Assembly: GCA_965227445.1 (NCBI GenBank)
Contig: OZ245751.1
Span: 4,178,499 to 4,242,498 of the forward strand
Direction of reading: 5' to 3'
DNA from: Saprospiraceae bacterium
Lineage (GTDB): Bacteria > Bacteroidota > Bacteroidia > Chitinophagales > Saprospiraceae
Length of the DNA stretch: 64,000 nucleotides
Within the stretch, counting starts at the first letter, position 1. Each line of letters begins with the position of its first letter. Below, piece by piece: positions 1 to 10,298 of the stretch. The translations under genes and the position numbers were made by a program. A model generated the notes under the pieces. That model worked only from the letters and a program-made list of their open reading frames with translations, was not told the DNA's origin and made no database searches.

Positions 1-696
1 ACCTTCAATGTTCATTTTAGCCATGTCATGCCCTGCCCGCAGCAGATCGAAGTAGTGCATGTCAACAGCGTGTTTTTGCTTGATAACCTGAGTAATACTG
101 ACCGTTCGAACCAGGTTGTTACGGTTCATGATTACGTCATTCCAGGGGTCACCATCGCCCGCATGAGTGTGAAAATGCCTGATGGCTTCGGGCTGATACG
201 TCTGCTGTTCTTTCCATTGTTCAAACCATTGCTCGCGACGAGCACGTGCACTGGCATCGTACAAGGTTGCCGATGACCAAATATACGGTTGATCGGTTTC
301 CAGAAAGCTAATGTACTGCTTTTTTCCATCCCACCGATATTCGAACAGTTTAGTCCGGTCATAGATTACCATTGTAAACGGTTCAATATTAGTAAAATCG
401 AACTGTCCAAAAAAATCACCGGCTGTTTTGTAGGAAAAAAAATCCAGGGCCATAATGCCCCGCGACAGCCGATAAGGAGGCTTTCGTTTGTGCAGGGTAA
501 AAGCCCCATTGAGTACGCAAACGACCCGATCATCAGCGGAGGCGGCAACCCAGGTACCACCGGCACCGGTATCGCGGGGAAACAACATACCCGGCAACTC
601 TTCAATTCCGCGAGGAGAGCGACCGGGGGCCTCGTCTCTGTTAGTTGTCAACACAAATGAATGCTCCCCTTGAGGAACGTAGGTTACGGTGCACAT
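1..696 (-). CDS. NRDE-family (TANGO2-like) protein, 3' end runs off window edge
   Basis: Minus-strand frame is open from the ATG at 694-696 to position 1 (about 232 aa, no stop), so it is absent from the ORF track. The translation starts MCTVTYVPQGEHSFVLTTNRDEAP, matching the MC start and the NRDE motif of the family. Confidence 0.55.
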   Translation of the reverse strand, partial: MCTVTYVPQGEHSFVLTTNRDEAPGRSPRGIEELPGMLFPRDTGAGGTWVAASADDRVVCVLNGAFTLHKRKPPYRLSRGIMALDFFSYKTAGDFFGQFDFTNIEPFTMVIYDRTKLFEYRWDGKKQYISFLETDQPYIWSSATLYDASARARREQWFEQWKEQQTYQPEAIRHFHTHAGDGDPWNDVIMNRNNLVRTVSITQVIKQKHAVDMHYFDLLRAGHDMAKMNIEG

Positions 697-860
697 AATT
701 AATATGGTTCTCTGACAATTTCGGCGCCTTGATCCAAAGGCTTGCGCAAAAATTGTCAGTGAAGGATTACTACTTAGAGCGTGTTTGGGATTTGTTTTTG
801 ATGGCGAAAATGTCTAGAATTTGCAGTCCAAAGGATAAATCCCAAACACGCTCTTAGAAG

Positions 861-1550
861 CTATTCCCCGCTTCGGTAGTGAATAATGACCTGGTTCTTG
901 TTTTTTCGCTCCAGTACCGGGACTTCCGCATCAGAAGCAGGATACCCCACCGGGATCAACAGGAAGGCGCGTTCATTTTTTGGACGCTCCAGCAATTCCT
1001 GCAGAAAGTTCATTGGACTTGGCGTATGAGTTAGTGCTACCAGCCCCGCCTGGTGGATGGCGGCCAACAAGAAACCGGCAGCTATACCTACCGATTCGTT
1101 GACGTAGTAGTTTTTTTGCTTTTCGCCATCAATCAGATCGTAGGCTTTTTTAAACAAAACGATCAGGTAAGGGGCCGTTTCCAGGAATGGTTTGTTCCAA
1201 TCAGTAGCAAAAGGCTCCAGATCCGTCAACCACTCCTCAGACATGCGGCCATTATAGTTTTCGTATTCCTCTTCCTCGGCTGCCGCGCGGACCTTTTTCT
1301 TGAGGGCCGGGTCACTGATCAGGCAAAATGTCCAGGGTTGTTTGTGGGCGCCACTCGGTGCGGTGGAGGCAGTCATGATGATGTTTTCGACGACTTCCTG
1401 TGGAACGGGTTTATCCGAAAACATGCGCAGGCTGCGGCGCTTATCCATGTATTGATAAAACGCACGTGAGCGACTCAGCATTTCGGACCGGGTATACTGG
1501 AGTCCCCGATAGGGTGTAAATAGTTTTTCTTCGGTTGACATACGGTGCAT
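861..1550 (-). CDS. nitroreductase-family protein (iodotyrosine-deiodinase-like)
   Basis: RRSLRMFSDKPVPQEVV nitroreductase N-terminal motif and overall nitroreductase-fold length. Abuts the next gene, suggesting an operon. Confidence 0.65.
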   Translation of the reverse strand: MHRMSTEEKLFTPYRGLQYTRSEMLSRSRAFYQYMDKRRSLRMFSDKPVPQEVVENIIMTASTAPSGAHKQPWTFCLISDPALKKKVRAAAEEEEYENYNGRMSEEWLTDLEPFATDWNKPFLETAPYLIVLFKKAYDLIDGEKQKNYYVNESVGIAAGFLLAAIHQAGLVALTHTPSPMNFLQELLERPKNERAFLLIPVGYPASDAEVPVLERKNKNQVIIHYRSGE

Positions 1551-1552
1551 TA

Positions 1553-2305
1553 TTAAGGTGTCGAGACACTTACCGGCAGCACTTTACCATTAAAAAACTG
1601 GTGGCCCTGCCGGGCAAAATAGGCCATAAAGCTAGCCATTTGTGCACACTCTACCGGTGCTTTCATCCCGGGAAAAGCATCGTTGAGCATTTCAGTCTGA
1701 ACGGCCCCAAGCGCCAAACCATTTACGGCTACGCCCATATCTTTGAATTCTTCAGCCAGGCATTCCGTCAGATTGGAGATGGCAGCTTTGCTGGTACTGT
1801 ATCCGGTCAGACCGGGAAATTTGCTACTGCCCTGGAATCCTCCCATACTCGTAACGTTGACAATATGGGCATTTTCCGAGCGCTGTAACTCTGGTAATAG
1901 TCGTTGTATCAGGGCTACGGCCGAAAAGAAATTCACTTCAAAAAGCTGTTCCCAGTCGCTGCGTTCCAACTCGGCAAAGGGTTTATTGATCAACAGACCG
2001 GCATTATTAATGAGTACGTCCATACCGCCCATCTTGCGAACCGCCACGGCCAGGGCCGGCCAGTCAGGGTCGGTCAGATCAAAGGGTAAAACAATGATTG
2101 CATTGCGCCCTGTATTTTCCCTGGCTTGTTTAGCCAGATCCTGAAGTCGGGCTTCGTTTCGCGAAAGCGCCAGGATCTGATTATCGGGATCGGAGGCTAG
2201 TTCCAGGGCAGTATCGCGTCCGATCCCTCGGCTGGCACCAGTGATAAGGTATTTCATAAAGCAGGTTGATTTTGTCTTGTTAATTCGAGTTTGAGCATTA
2301 ACCAA
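1553..2305 (-). CDS. SDR-family short-chain dehydrogenase/reductase
   Basis: ITGASRGIGRDTA Rossmann TGxxxGxG motif; about 250 aa. Confidence 0.8.
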   Translation of the reverse strand: MVNAQTRINKTKSTCFMKYLITGASRGIGRDTALELASDPDNQILALSRNEARLQDLAKQARENTGRNAIIVLPFDLTDPDWPALAVAVRKMGGMDVLINNAGLLINKPFAELERSDWEQLFEVNFFSAVALIQRLLPELQRSENAHIVNVTSMGGFQGSSKFPGLTGYSTSKAAISNLTECLAEEFKDMGVAVNGLALGAVQTEMLNDAFPGMKAPVECAQMASFMAYFARQGHQFFNGKVLPVSVSTP

Positions 2306-2471
2306 TTCGTAAAGTAATGATTGTCAAAGCCCAAACCCGTGGTAAAGAGTAGTAGGCAGAGGGAAGACGGATTAAAGCAAGTCCTGCTACCTTACACCCT
2401 TTACTTAATACAAAGTGAGGTGGTGACATTCAGTTGTTTAGCAATGCTTAGCCTGTCAACCTCACGTTTAA

Positions 2472-3173
2472 TTACAAATCACCCCGTTGGGGGCGAAGGG
2501 TGATTTCTTCTACTACTGCTGAAGGAGCCAATTCCCAGGCCTTCAGTACAATTTGTCCAATATCTTGGGGTTGCATCAGCCGATCCTTTGGCAATTCCAC
2601 CCCCTCCCAGGTATTCGACCATGTTTGTCCCGGTAAGATAGCTGTGACGCTGATACCGCGGTCTTTGGTTTCGGATCGCAGGCTGCGCGTCAGGCTGAGC
2701 AGCGCACTTTTAGTTGCCGAGTAGGCGGCACTACCCGCCTGTGGGTGAACGGAAGCCACCGAGCAGATATTAATGACGTGCCCGCTTCCGCGCTCGATCA
2801 TCCCGGGCACGATACCCCGCATCAGATCGTAGGGTCCTGCGACATTAACGGCCCACATATACGCCAGATCATCGGCTGCATCTAATAGCGCTGCCGGCTT
2901 GTAGACGCCCGCATTGTTGATCAGCAGATCCCAGGGAATGGTATCCAGTTCGGCAATAGCCTTTTCCCGCTCTGCCCTGCTACCCAAATCTACCGGATAG
3001 AACGGAAAGGTACGGTTCGGATATTGCTGCAGGAGTTTTTCCTGAAAACGGACCAGGTCTGACCGGTTTCGCGCCAGTAAGCCAACATCAAAACCAGCCC
3101 CGGCCAGGGCTTCTGAAATAGAACGCCCCATTCCTTTGGTAGCTCCGGTAACCAGGGCACGAAATTGATTCAT
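2472..3173 (-). CDS. SDR-family oxidoreductase
   Basis: VTGATKGMGRSIS glycine-rich motif; about 233 aa. Confidence 0.8.
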   Translation of the reverse strand: MNQFRALVTGATKGMGRSISEALAGAGFDVGLLARNRSDLVRFQEKLLQQYPNRTFPFYPVDLGSRAEREKAIAELDTIPWDLLINNAGVYKPAALLDAADDLAYMWAVNVAGPYDLMRGIVPGMIERGSGHVINICSVASVHPQAGSAAYSATKSALLSLTRSLRSETKDRGISVTAILPGQTWSNTWEGVELPKDRLMQPQDIGQIVLKAWELAPSAVVEEITLRPQRGDL

Positions 3174-3480
3174 ATGAATGGTTTATTCATCATAGACAGA
3201 TGGAAGGGTCACAAGTTATACCGCTTCCGAAAAGGTTTGGGCTTTGCCAAACCTTTTCACGCGAGTATATACCCGACTCGAAGTGGTTTGGAGTCCCAGC
3301 ACGAAGTACTGCGGAGCAAAACCACTTCATTGTCGGTATATTTGCTGTTTTCATTCAACTCTTAATTCAAGTGGATTGTTGAGTCTAGTCGGCAGTAAAG
3401 AAGGAAAGGGTGTATTTCCGTTTTACCCTTAATTCAGCTACTTTTGCGGGGCCTTCTCGCCGTGCCGCTCTGGTGGGGTT

Positions 3481-4251
3481 GTGAACAACCGGAACATCGC
3501 CTATATGATAATCGTAACGTTTTTAGAATCTTTTGGCCGGTACCTGCAAATGCTGGGCACCGCATTTTCCCGACCGGAAAAAGTCTCCATGTACTACAAG
3601 GAGACCATGCGGCAAATGAATGATATCGGGGTGGGGTCTCTGATTATCGTCGCTCTGATATCCCTGTTTATTGGTGCCGTTACTGCTGTTCAATTTGCCT
3701 ACCAACTCGATGGGACCCTGGTACCGGTCTACTACATCGGCTACATCGTCCGGGACAGTACCATCATTGAATTGGCCCCCACGATCACCTGCCTGGTACT
3801 AGCCGGTAAGGTAGGGTCAAACATGGCGGCTGAGCTGGGGGGAATGCGGCAAAAGGAACACATTGACGCCATGGAGATCATGGGCGTTAATACGGCTGCC
3901 TACCTCATTATGCCTCGTCTGGTGGCAGCCCTTGTTGTCATCCCCATGCTGGTGGCCATAGCGGCATTCGTTAGCATCATCGGCGGATTTATTGCAACGG
4001 TTCCGGCGGGGTATATGTCGAGTGAAGAATACGTACAGGGGGTTCGCAGCTTCTTCGAAGCTAATAATGTTTTCATGATGTTCGTCAAATCGGTCACCTT
4101 TGCCTTCCTGCTGACGAGTGTATCCTGTTTTCAGGGGTACTACGTACAAGGAGGTAGTATCGAACTGGGAAAGGCCAGTACTAATGCCGTGGTCTTTAGC
4201 GACATATTGATCCTGATTGCCGATTATATCATCGCCATTTTGCTCACCTAA
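3481..4251 (+). CDS. mlaE: MlaE-type ABC transporter permease
   Basis: Multi-TM protein with the conserved MlaE core ELAPTITCLVLAGKVGSNMAAELGGM. GTG start; directly followed by the ATPase. Confidence 0.75.
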   Translation: MNNRNIAYMIIVTFLESFGRYLQMLGTAFSRPEKVSMYYKETMRQMNDIGVGSLIIVALISLFIGAVTAVQFAYQLDGTLVPVYYIGYIVRDSTIIELAPTITCLVLAGKVGSNMAAELGGMRQKEHIDAMEIMGVNTAAYLIMPRLVAALVVIPMLVAIAAFVSIIGGFIATVPAGYMSSEEYVQGVRSFFEANNVFMMFVKSVTFAFLLTSVSCFQGYYVQGGSIELGKASTNAVVFSDILILIADYIIAILLT

Positions 4252-4262
4252 GCCAACCGTTT

Positions 4263-5027
4263 ATGATACGCACCGAAGAACTGTATAAATCTTTTGGGGA
4301 AACCGAAGTGCTTAAGGGAATTTCTACCGAATTCTATCAGGGCAAAACCAACCTGATCATTGGCCGGAGCGGAGCTGGAAAAACGGTACTACTCAAATGC
4401 CTGGTGGGGCTGATTCGTCCTACGCAAGGAAAGATTTTCTACAGTGACACGGCCTTTTCCCAGCTGGATAAAAAGCAGATCAAAGCCATCCGAATGGAAG
4501 TGGGTATGCTGTTTCAGGGATCCGCCCTGTTCGACTCCATGACGGTAGAGGAAAATGTGCGCTTCCCACTCGACATGTTCACCAACATGACCCGTAAGGA
4601 AAAACTGAACCGGGTCAATGAAACCCTGGAGCGGGTCGAACTGACCGGGGTGAATGATCGCTACCCTTCCGAAACCAGTGGCGGTATGCAAAAACGGGTA
4701 GGTATTGCCCGCGCCATTGTCATGCAACCGAAATACCTGTTCTGCGATGAACCCAACTCCGGCCTCGATCCCAAAACGGCCATTCTGATCGATGAGTTGA
4801 TCCTGGATATTACCAAAGACCAAAACATCACAACGGTGATTAATACCCACGACATGAACTCTGTCATGGAGATCGGGGACAATATCATTCTGCTGCACCA
4901 CGGGCATGTTGCCTGGCGGGGAACCAACGCCGAAGTATTGGAAAGTGACAATGAAATTTTGCAGAATTTCATTTTCGCATCTCCCTTTTTGCAAAAGCTA
5001 CGCAAAAATGCGCTGGAAAATCTATAG
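4263..5027 (+). CDS. mlaF: MlaF-type ABC transporter ATP-binding protein
   Basis: Walker A GRSGAGKT, ABC signature SGGMQKRVGIARA, Walker B LFCDEP. Confidence 0.8.
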   Translation: MIRTEELYKSFGETEVLKGISTEFYQGKTNLIIGRSGAGKTVLLKCLVGLIRPTQGKIFYSDTAFSQLDKKQIKAIRMEVGMLFQGSALFDSMTVEENVRFPLDMFTNMTRKEKLNRVNETLERVELTGVNDRYPSETSGGMQKRVGIARAIVMQPKYLFCDEPNSGLDPKTAILIDELILDITKDQNITTVINTHDMNSVMEIGDNIILLHHGHVAWRGTNAEVLESDNEILQNFIFASPFLQKLRKNALENL

Positions 5028-5135
5028 GCTGGTACTTGGAGTTTTTATAAAAAGCCTGTAGTTTTGCGTGGCTTTAAGCAAAGGACTTAAAGTTCACTTG
5101 AACGTGTCGGAACAGCTTTACTTTGGATCCCTTTT

Positions 5136-5219
5136 GCCCGGGTGCTGGAATTGGTAGACAGGCATGGTTGAGGGCCATGTGTCCGTTAGGGCGTGCGGGT
5201 TCGACTCCCGCCTCGGGCA
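5136..5219 (+). tRNA. tRNA-Leu (anticodon GAG)
   Basis: Acceptor stem GCCCGGG/CTCGGGC, D-loop GGAATTGGTAGAC, anticodon loop TTGAGGG, long variable arm, T-arm GCGGGTTCGACTCCCGC. Confidence 0.8.
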
Positions 5220-5471
5220 CTCTACCACCAAAGTGAACTGTTGACACGTTCTTTTTTTTGCCCTGATTTCTTTTTTCTTTTAGAAATCGGACTTGCCCCC
5301 AAGGTTTTCTGCAACGACTAAACAAAGTTCTTCCCGGTGTTGTATCTTTAAAACGTGTATGCTCCTAGAGCGACATTTTCGGATACTACACATACGCAGT
5401 GAAAACCGGAAAGACATGAATGCTCTTCGTCGTACGACATCGTATTTTATCACCCAAGCAGTCGCGCCACC

Positions 5472-5789
5472 ATGGAAAGCAAAAAAGGAGTTTTAAACGA
5501 ACAAGAAGCGGAAAAGCTGGAGCGCATCGCTTTTATCCTCAAAACCGTTGCCCACCCATTGCGCCTCGGTATTATTCACCTGCTTGAGCAGCACCCGAAA
5601 CTGTCGGTTTCTGAGATCTGTGAAATGTTGGGCAGCGAGCAATCCCTGACCTCACACCATCTCCAGAATATGCGCCTGAAGGGTATTCTCAGTGTGAAAA
5701 GAGACGGACGAAGCATGATGTATTCGCTCAAAGAACGGGATGTCAGCCTGATCATCGAGTGCCTGGAGAATTGCCAGTGCAATATGTAA
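5472..5789 (+). CDS. ArsR/SmtB-family transcriptional regulator
   Basis: wHTH region HPLRLGIIHLLEQHPKLSVSEICEMLGSEQSLTSHHL; about 105 aa. Confidence 0.75.
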   Translation: MESKKGVLNEQEAEKLERIAFILKTVAHPLRLGIIHLLEQHPKLSVSEICEMLGSEQSLTSHHLQNMRLKGILSVKRDGRSMMYSLKERDVSLIIECLENCQCNM

Positions 5790-5800
5790 GAAAAACGGAA

Positions 5801-5826
5801 AGCACCCGCACGGGTGCTTTTTTTCC
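5801..5826 (+). terminator. rho-independent terminator after ArsR gene
   Basis: Hairpin GCACCCG-ca-CGGGTGC followed by a T-run. Confidence 0.5.
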
Positions 5827-5864
5827 CCTTATTTACATGAACATCTGATCATATTTTTGCGTAA

Positions 5865-6287
5865 ATGAGCCTGATTAATAAAGGAAATCCACTGTATGGC
5901 CCGGCAAAACTCCGGTGCCCGCGTTGCCACGAAGGAAAACTATTTAAGACTCCGACCTTTTCCTATTCCAAACCCTTTGAGATGCCCGAACGCTGTTCCC
6001 ACTGTGGGTTGGACTATTGGCCGGAGCCCGGTTTTTATTACGGTGCTATGTTTATCTCCTATATCTTCACCGGCTTCTTTTGTATCTCTTTTGTACTGGC
6101 CCTTCACTGGGGACTCGGCTGGAGCACAGGAGCTTCCTTTGCCGCACTGATCGCCATTTGTGCCATCTTTTTTGTGTACATTTTTCGCCTGGCTCGCGCC
6201 ATTTGGTTGAGTATCAATGTGCGGTACAATCCAAATACCGTCGACCACGACACCACCTCTATCTCCAATCGATACGGTAACTCATGA
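5865..6287 (+). CDS. DUF983-like membrane protein with CxxC...CxxC zinc ribbon
   Basis: CPRCHEGKLFK and CSHCGL pairs followed by hydrophobic segments. Confidence 0.45.
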   Translation: MSLINKGNPLYGPAKLRCPRCHEGKLFKTPTFSYSKPFEMPERCSHCGLDYWPEPGFYYGAMFISYIFTGFFCISFVLALHWGLGWSTGASFAALIAICAIFFVYIFRLARAIWLSINVRYNPNTVDHDTTSISNRYGNS

Positions 6288-6946
6288 AGGATACGAACCC
6301 AACCATTTCCAACCTCCTGCGCCAACACTACCCGCATCTGGCAGAACTGGATTTACAGGAGGAGATCGCCCGGGTTGGCCAGTTACTGCACTTCTCCGCC
6401 GGCGAAGTAATAATGGATGTCGACAACTACATCAAGCTGGTTCCCCTCGTCATAGAAGGTTCTATCAAAGTTGTCAGGGAAGACGAAGACGGGAAAGAGC
6501 TATTCCTCTACTACCTGAACAGCGGTGATACCTGTTCCATGTCGTTCACCTGCTGCATGATGGACAAAAAAAGTTCGATCCGCACCGTGGCCGAGGAGCC
6601 AACCACCCTGATCGGCATTCCCATCCGGTATGTCGACCAATGGATGACGAAATATCAGAGTTGGAAAAACTTTGTGATGCGCAGTTACGATGACCGGATG
6701 CTCGAGCTGGTCAGGACCATCGACAATATCGCTTTTAAGAAGATGGATGAGCGGTTACTGGATTATTTACAAAAAAAAGCTTCCGCTACCCAATCAAAGG
6801 TTATCCAGGCTACTCATCAGGATATTGCCTACGACCTTAATGCCAGCCGCGAAGCTGTTTCCCGACTCCTGAAACAACTGGAACGTTCGGGAACCGTACA
6901 GTTGGGCCGCAACAAAATTGAACTAAAAGAAGCCTCTTCCGGTTAG
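6284..6946 (+). CDS. Crp/Fnr-family transcriptional regulator
   Basis: cNMP-binding-like N-terminal half and C-terminal HTH IAYDLNASREAVSRLLKQLERSGTV. Overlaps the preceding gene stop by 4 nt. Confidence 0.75.
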   Translation: MKDTNPTISNLLRQHYPHLAELDLQEEIARVGQLLHFSAGEVIMDVDNYIKLVPLVIEGSIKVVREDEDGKELFLYYLNSGDTCSMSFTCCMMDKKSSIRTVAEEPTTLIGIPIRYVDQWMTKYQSWKNFVMRSYDDRMLELVRTIDNIAFKKMDERLLDYLQKKASATQSKVIQATHQDIAYDLNASREAVSRLLKQLERSGTVQLGRNKIELKEASSG

Positions 6947-7135
6947 ACCATTATAGCGAGCTTGGTGGCCGGGCCTGTTTTCATACGGACCAGTATAAAA
7001 TTAATTTCCTGCACGCTAGTGACCGGGCCGTAAATTTGTTAATTTAATAGCCCGCGTAACAATTGTCCTCGTCAGGGCGTATTGTTATCAACAGAATTCA
7101 TTTATCCACCCAACTACGCAAAATAATCACGGATT

Positions 7136-7549
7136 ATGGCTCCCCGCGATTTGGACCAAATGCTCCAACATCTCGAAGCGAATGCCGAGAATGAATTGGC
7201 ATTCTTGGCCGATACGGGAGCCGAATATTTCAGTACGGCCCAACTTATTCGACTCAAAGGGCAATGGCAGGCCAAACACACCATCTTCCGCCAACTAAAT
7301 TTTGTCCTTATTCGTATTGTTGCCCTATCGCCCGTTTCACTCATCCTTTGGATGGGTGCCATGGCCCTGAATTTCCGACTGTTGGGTTTGTTTTTTCTAT
7401 TGTTCTTTCCCTTTTCTTTTCTGGTCTTCTTTGGTGGTCAATTGTTCATTCGCTTTGCCTTTAAAGGAAACGGTCACCACGAGCAGGTTGGCGAAATGAT
7501 TGATCGCGAACTGGAAAAACGTCGGCTCAACCGCAAGAATGCCAGGTAG
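7136..7549 (+). CDS. hypothetical membrane protein
   Basis: Two hydrophobic segments; no recognisable motif. Confidence 0.3.
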   Translation: MAPRDLDQMLQHLEANAENELAFLADTGAEYFSTAQLIRLKGQWQAKHTIFRQLNFVLIRIVALSPVSLILWMGAMALNFRLLGLFFLLFFPFSFLVFFGGQLFIRFAFKGNGHHEQVGEMIDRELEKRRLNRKNAR

Positions 7550-7715
7550 GCTTCCTACACGGATTTTCAATTTAGAATCGTTCCAAAAAGGAGTCCCGGG
7601 CCGGTTTGTAATCCAAATCACTAACATCCCCCTTCCCTCATAGCCATATTGCCGGTATATTTATGAGGCAGACGATCACGTCTTCTCATCGCAAATTGAC
7701 ATAAACCCGGACATA

Positions 7716-9101
7716 ATGGATGTCGAAATACTCTCCCGGATTCAATTCGCTTTCACCGTTGCTTTTCACTACATCTACCCGCCCCTGAGCATTGGCATTG
7801 GTCTGATCATCGTGATCATGGAAGGGCTATACCTGCGTACGCGTAATAAAGTGTACGAAGACATGACCCGTTTCTGGATTAAGATCTTTGCCCTGACCTT
7901 TGGGATTGGGGTAGCTACGGGTATTGTCATGGAATTTGAATTCGGCACGAATTGGGCTACTTATTCACGGTACGTCGGTGACGTGTTTGGCAGTGCGCTG
8001 GCCGCCGAAGGTATTTTTGCCTTTGCCCTGGAAAGCGGCTTTCTCGGGATCCTGCTATTCGGTTGGAACCGGGTTTCACCCAGAGTACATTTCATTTCCA
8101 CCATTGGGGTTTGGCTCGGATCTATGTTTTCGGCCATCTGGATCGTGGTGGCCAATAGCTGGCAACAGACACCAGCCGGTTACCACGTCGTTGGCGAAGG
8201 CATGAACGCCCGGGCAGAGATTACCGATTTCTGGGCCATGGTATTCAACCCCTCCTCCATCGACCGGCTCACCCATGTCTGGCTGGGAGCCTTTCTGGCG
8301 GGATCCTTCCTGGTACTTAGTGTCCACGCCTACTACCTATTGCGGAACCGCCACGTTGAGTTGTCAAAAAAAGCCTTTAAGATCGCTCTGGGCGTTGCAT
8401 TGGTTGCCTCCCTCGGACAGTTAGTTTCCGGCCACCAATCGGCCGATGGGGTCGCAGTCAACCAGCCTGCCAAATTAGCGGCTATGGAAGGGCATTTTGA
8501 CAGTCTGGCCCCTGCACCTTTATACCTTATGGGTTGGGTCAATAAAGAAGCACAAACCGTCACCGGACTCAGTATCCCGGGCGGACTTTCGTTTATGGTG
8601 CACTTTGATGCCGCCGAACCGGTTACCGGCCTGAACGCCTTTCCGGAGGATGAACGGCCCACGGCCCTGAACGCCATTTTTCAATTCTATCACCTGATGG
8701 TAGCTTTTGGTATGTTGATGATTGGCCTGACGGTGCTGGCAGCCTTTTATTGGTGGCGAGGAACCCTGTTCCGGCAGCGATGGCTGCTGTGGATATTTGT
8801 TTTCGTGGTTATCGTCCCCCAGTTTGCCAATCAGTTTGGGTGGTACACCGCAGAGATGGGACGTCAGCCATGGGTTGTCTACGGATTGTTGCGGACTTCC
8901 GATGCCCTATCCAAGGTGGTCACCGCAAACCAGGTGCTCTTCTCGCTGGTCATGTTTACCCTGATCTATACCCTTCTTTTTGCCTTGTTCCTGTATTTGC
9001 TGAACAAAAAGATCAAAATGGGCCCCGACAGCCACGAGCGGATACAACACAGCCCTCAGCACGAAGAAATGGCCGGCTGGCTCGAAAATGACACCCAATA
9101 A
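7716..9101 (+). CDS. cydA: cytochrome bd ubiquinol oxidase subunit I
   Basis: N-terminus [27 protein letters not shown] closely resembles E. coli CydA; multi-TM; 461 aa. Confidence 0.9.
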   Translation: MDVEILSRIQFAFTVAFHYIYPPLSIGIGLIIVIMEGLYLRTRNKVYEDMTRFWIKIFALTFGIGVATGIVMEFEFGTNWATYSRYVGDVFGSALAAEGIFAFALESGFLGILLFGWNRVSPRVHFISTIGVWLGSMFSAIWIVVANSWQQTPAGYHVVGEGMNARAEITDFWAMVFNPSSIDRLTHVWLGAFLAGSFLVLSVHAYYLLRNRHVELSKKAFKIALGVALVASLGQLVSGHQSADGVAVNQPAKLAAMEGHFDSLAPAPLYLMGWVNKEAQTVTGLSIPGGLSFMVHFDAAEPVTGLNAFPEDERPTALNAIFQFYHLMVAFGMLMIGLTVLAAFYWWRGTLFRQRWLLWIFVFVVIVPQFANQFGWYTAEMGRQPWVVYGLLRTSDALSKVVTANQVLFSLVMFTLIYTLLFALFLYLLNKKIKMGPDSHERIQHSPQHEEMAGWLENDTQ

Positions 9102-9122
9102 TCGCCCCTTAAACTTGTTGAT

Positions 9123-10166
9123 ATGCTTACGCTCGCCACAATTCTTGGAATCGATTACCCTACCCTCTGGTTTTTGGTGGTAGGTGGCCTCTTCAGCGGA
9201 TACGCCATCCTCGATGGCTTTGACCTGGGAGCAGGCGCCTGGCACCTGTTTTTCCGAAAGGAGCAAAGCCGCCGCATTGCCCTGAATGCAATTGGCCCGG
9301 TCTGGGACGGAAACGAAGTATGGCTGGTTATTGGCGGCGGAGCGCTGTTTGCTGGTTTCCCCGTACTCTATGCCACCATGTTTTCGGCCATGTACATCCC
9401 TTTCATGCTCTTCCTGGCCTTTCTTATTTTCCGGGCGGTAAGCATTGAGTTCCGCTCGAAGGAACCCATGAAATGGTGGCGGCAGATGTGGGATGTGGCT
9501 TACAGTGTATCGAGTATTGCGTTGGCCCTTCTGTTGGGCGTAGTGCTGGGCAATGTGTTGCAAGGATTCCCTATCGGCCCCGACCTGGAATTCTCCGGCA
9601 ATTGGGTGAACTTCCTGAATCCGTATGCCATCATGGTGGGGGTTACGACGGTAGCCTTGTTTATGATGCACGGCGCCATATTTCTCACCATGAAAACGGA
9701 AGGTCGGCTTTTCGCCAAAATCACCATTCTGCTAAGGCGGGCAATCATCTTTTTTGTAATCAGCTTTGGGTTAGTAACAATGTATACCTTAATCTATATT
9801 CCCCATTTGACCGACCGTTTTAAGACGGCTCCCTGGCTGTTTTTAGTTCCAGTCTTAGCTTTCCTCGCAATTGCTAATATTCCCCGCCTGGCTGCTAAAC
9901 GGCGCTTTAAGCGAGCTTTTATTTTTTCCTCCACCACCGTAGCGCTCCTACTTGCCCTGGTAGCTATCGAACTGTACCCCGTATTGATCCTGTCAACGGA
10001 GGATCCGGCCAACAATATTACCATTTACAATGCCGCTTCGTCTACTAAGTCCATGGGTATTATGCTGACAATTGCCGCAATCGGCACTCCCCTGGTCCTG
10101 AGTTATACCGCCTTCGTATACTATACCTTCCGGGGAAAAACCCGACTCGACGATACCTCTTACTGA
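9123..10166 (+). CDS. cydB: cytochrome bd ubiquinol oxidase subunit II
   Basis: Immediately downstream of cydA; multi-TM; 347 aa; DGFDLGAGAW motif region. Confidence 0.85.
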   Translation: MLTLATILGIDYPTLWFLVVGGLFSGYAILDGFDLGAGAWHLFFRKEQSRRIALNAIGPVWDGNEVWLVIGGGALFAGFPVLYATMFSAMYIPFMLFLAFLIFRAVSIEFRSKEPMKWWRQMWDVAYSVSSIALALLLGVVLGNVLQGFPIGPDLEFSGNWVNFLNPYAIMVGVTTVALFMMHGAIFLTMKTEGRLFAKITILLRRAIIFFVISFGLVTMYTLIYIPHLTDRFKTAPWLFLVPVLAFLAIANIPRLAAKRRFKRAFIFSSTTVALLLALVAIELYPVLILSTEDPANNITIYNAASSTKSMGIMLTIAAIGTPLVLSYTAFVYYTFRGKTRLDDTSY

Positions 10167-10298
10167 CCTGTTTACAGGATGCTACGGGTATTGTTTTACC
10201 GTAAGACTGCCGGTTCAACTATTTTCTCCCTATCTTCCTTTACAAAGGAGAGGGCTTGCCAGGAATGGATCCCGATTAGGTCATAATCCCTGCAACAT

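Noticed and set aside
4389-5005. Antisense ORFs inside mlaF
   Set aside because: The sense strand carries complete ABC ATPase motifs. The antisense products have no motifs and a G/V/H-rich composition.
5074-5325. 83-aa minus-strand ORF
   Set aside because: It overlaps the well-formed tRNA-Leu(GAG) at 5136-5219 and is an artefact.
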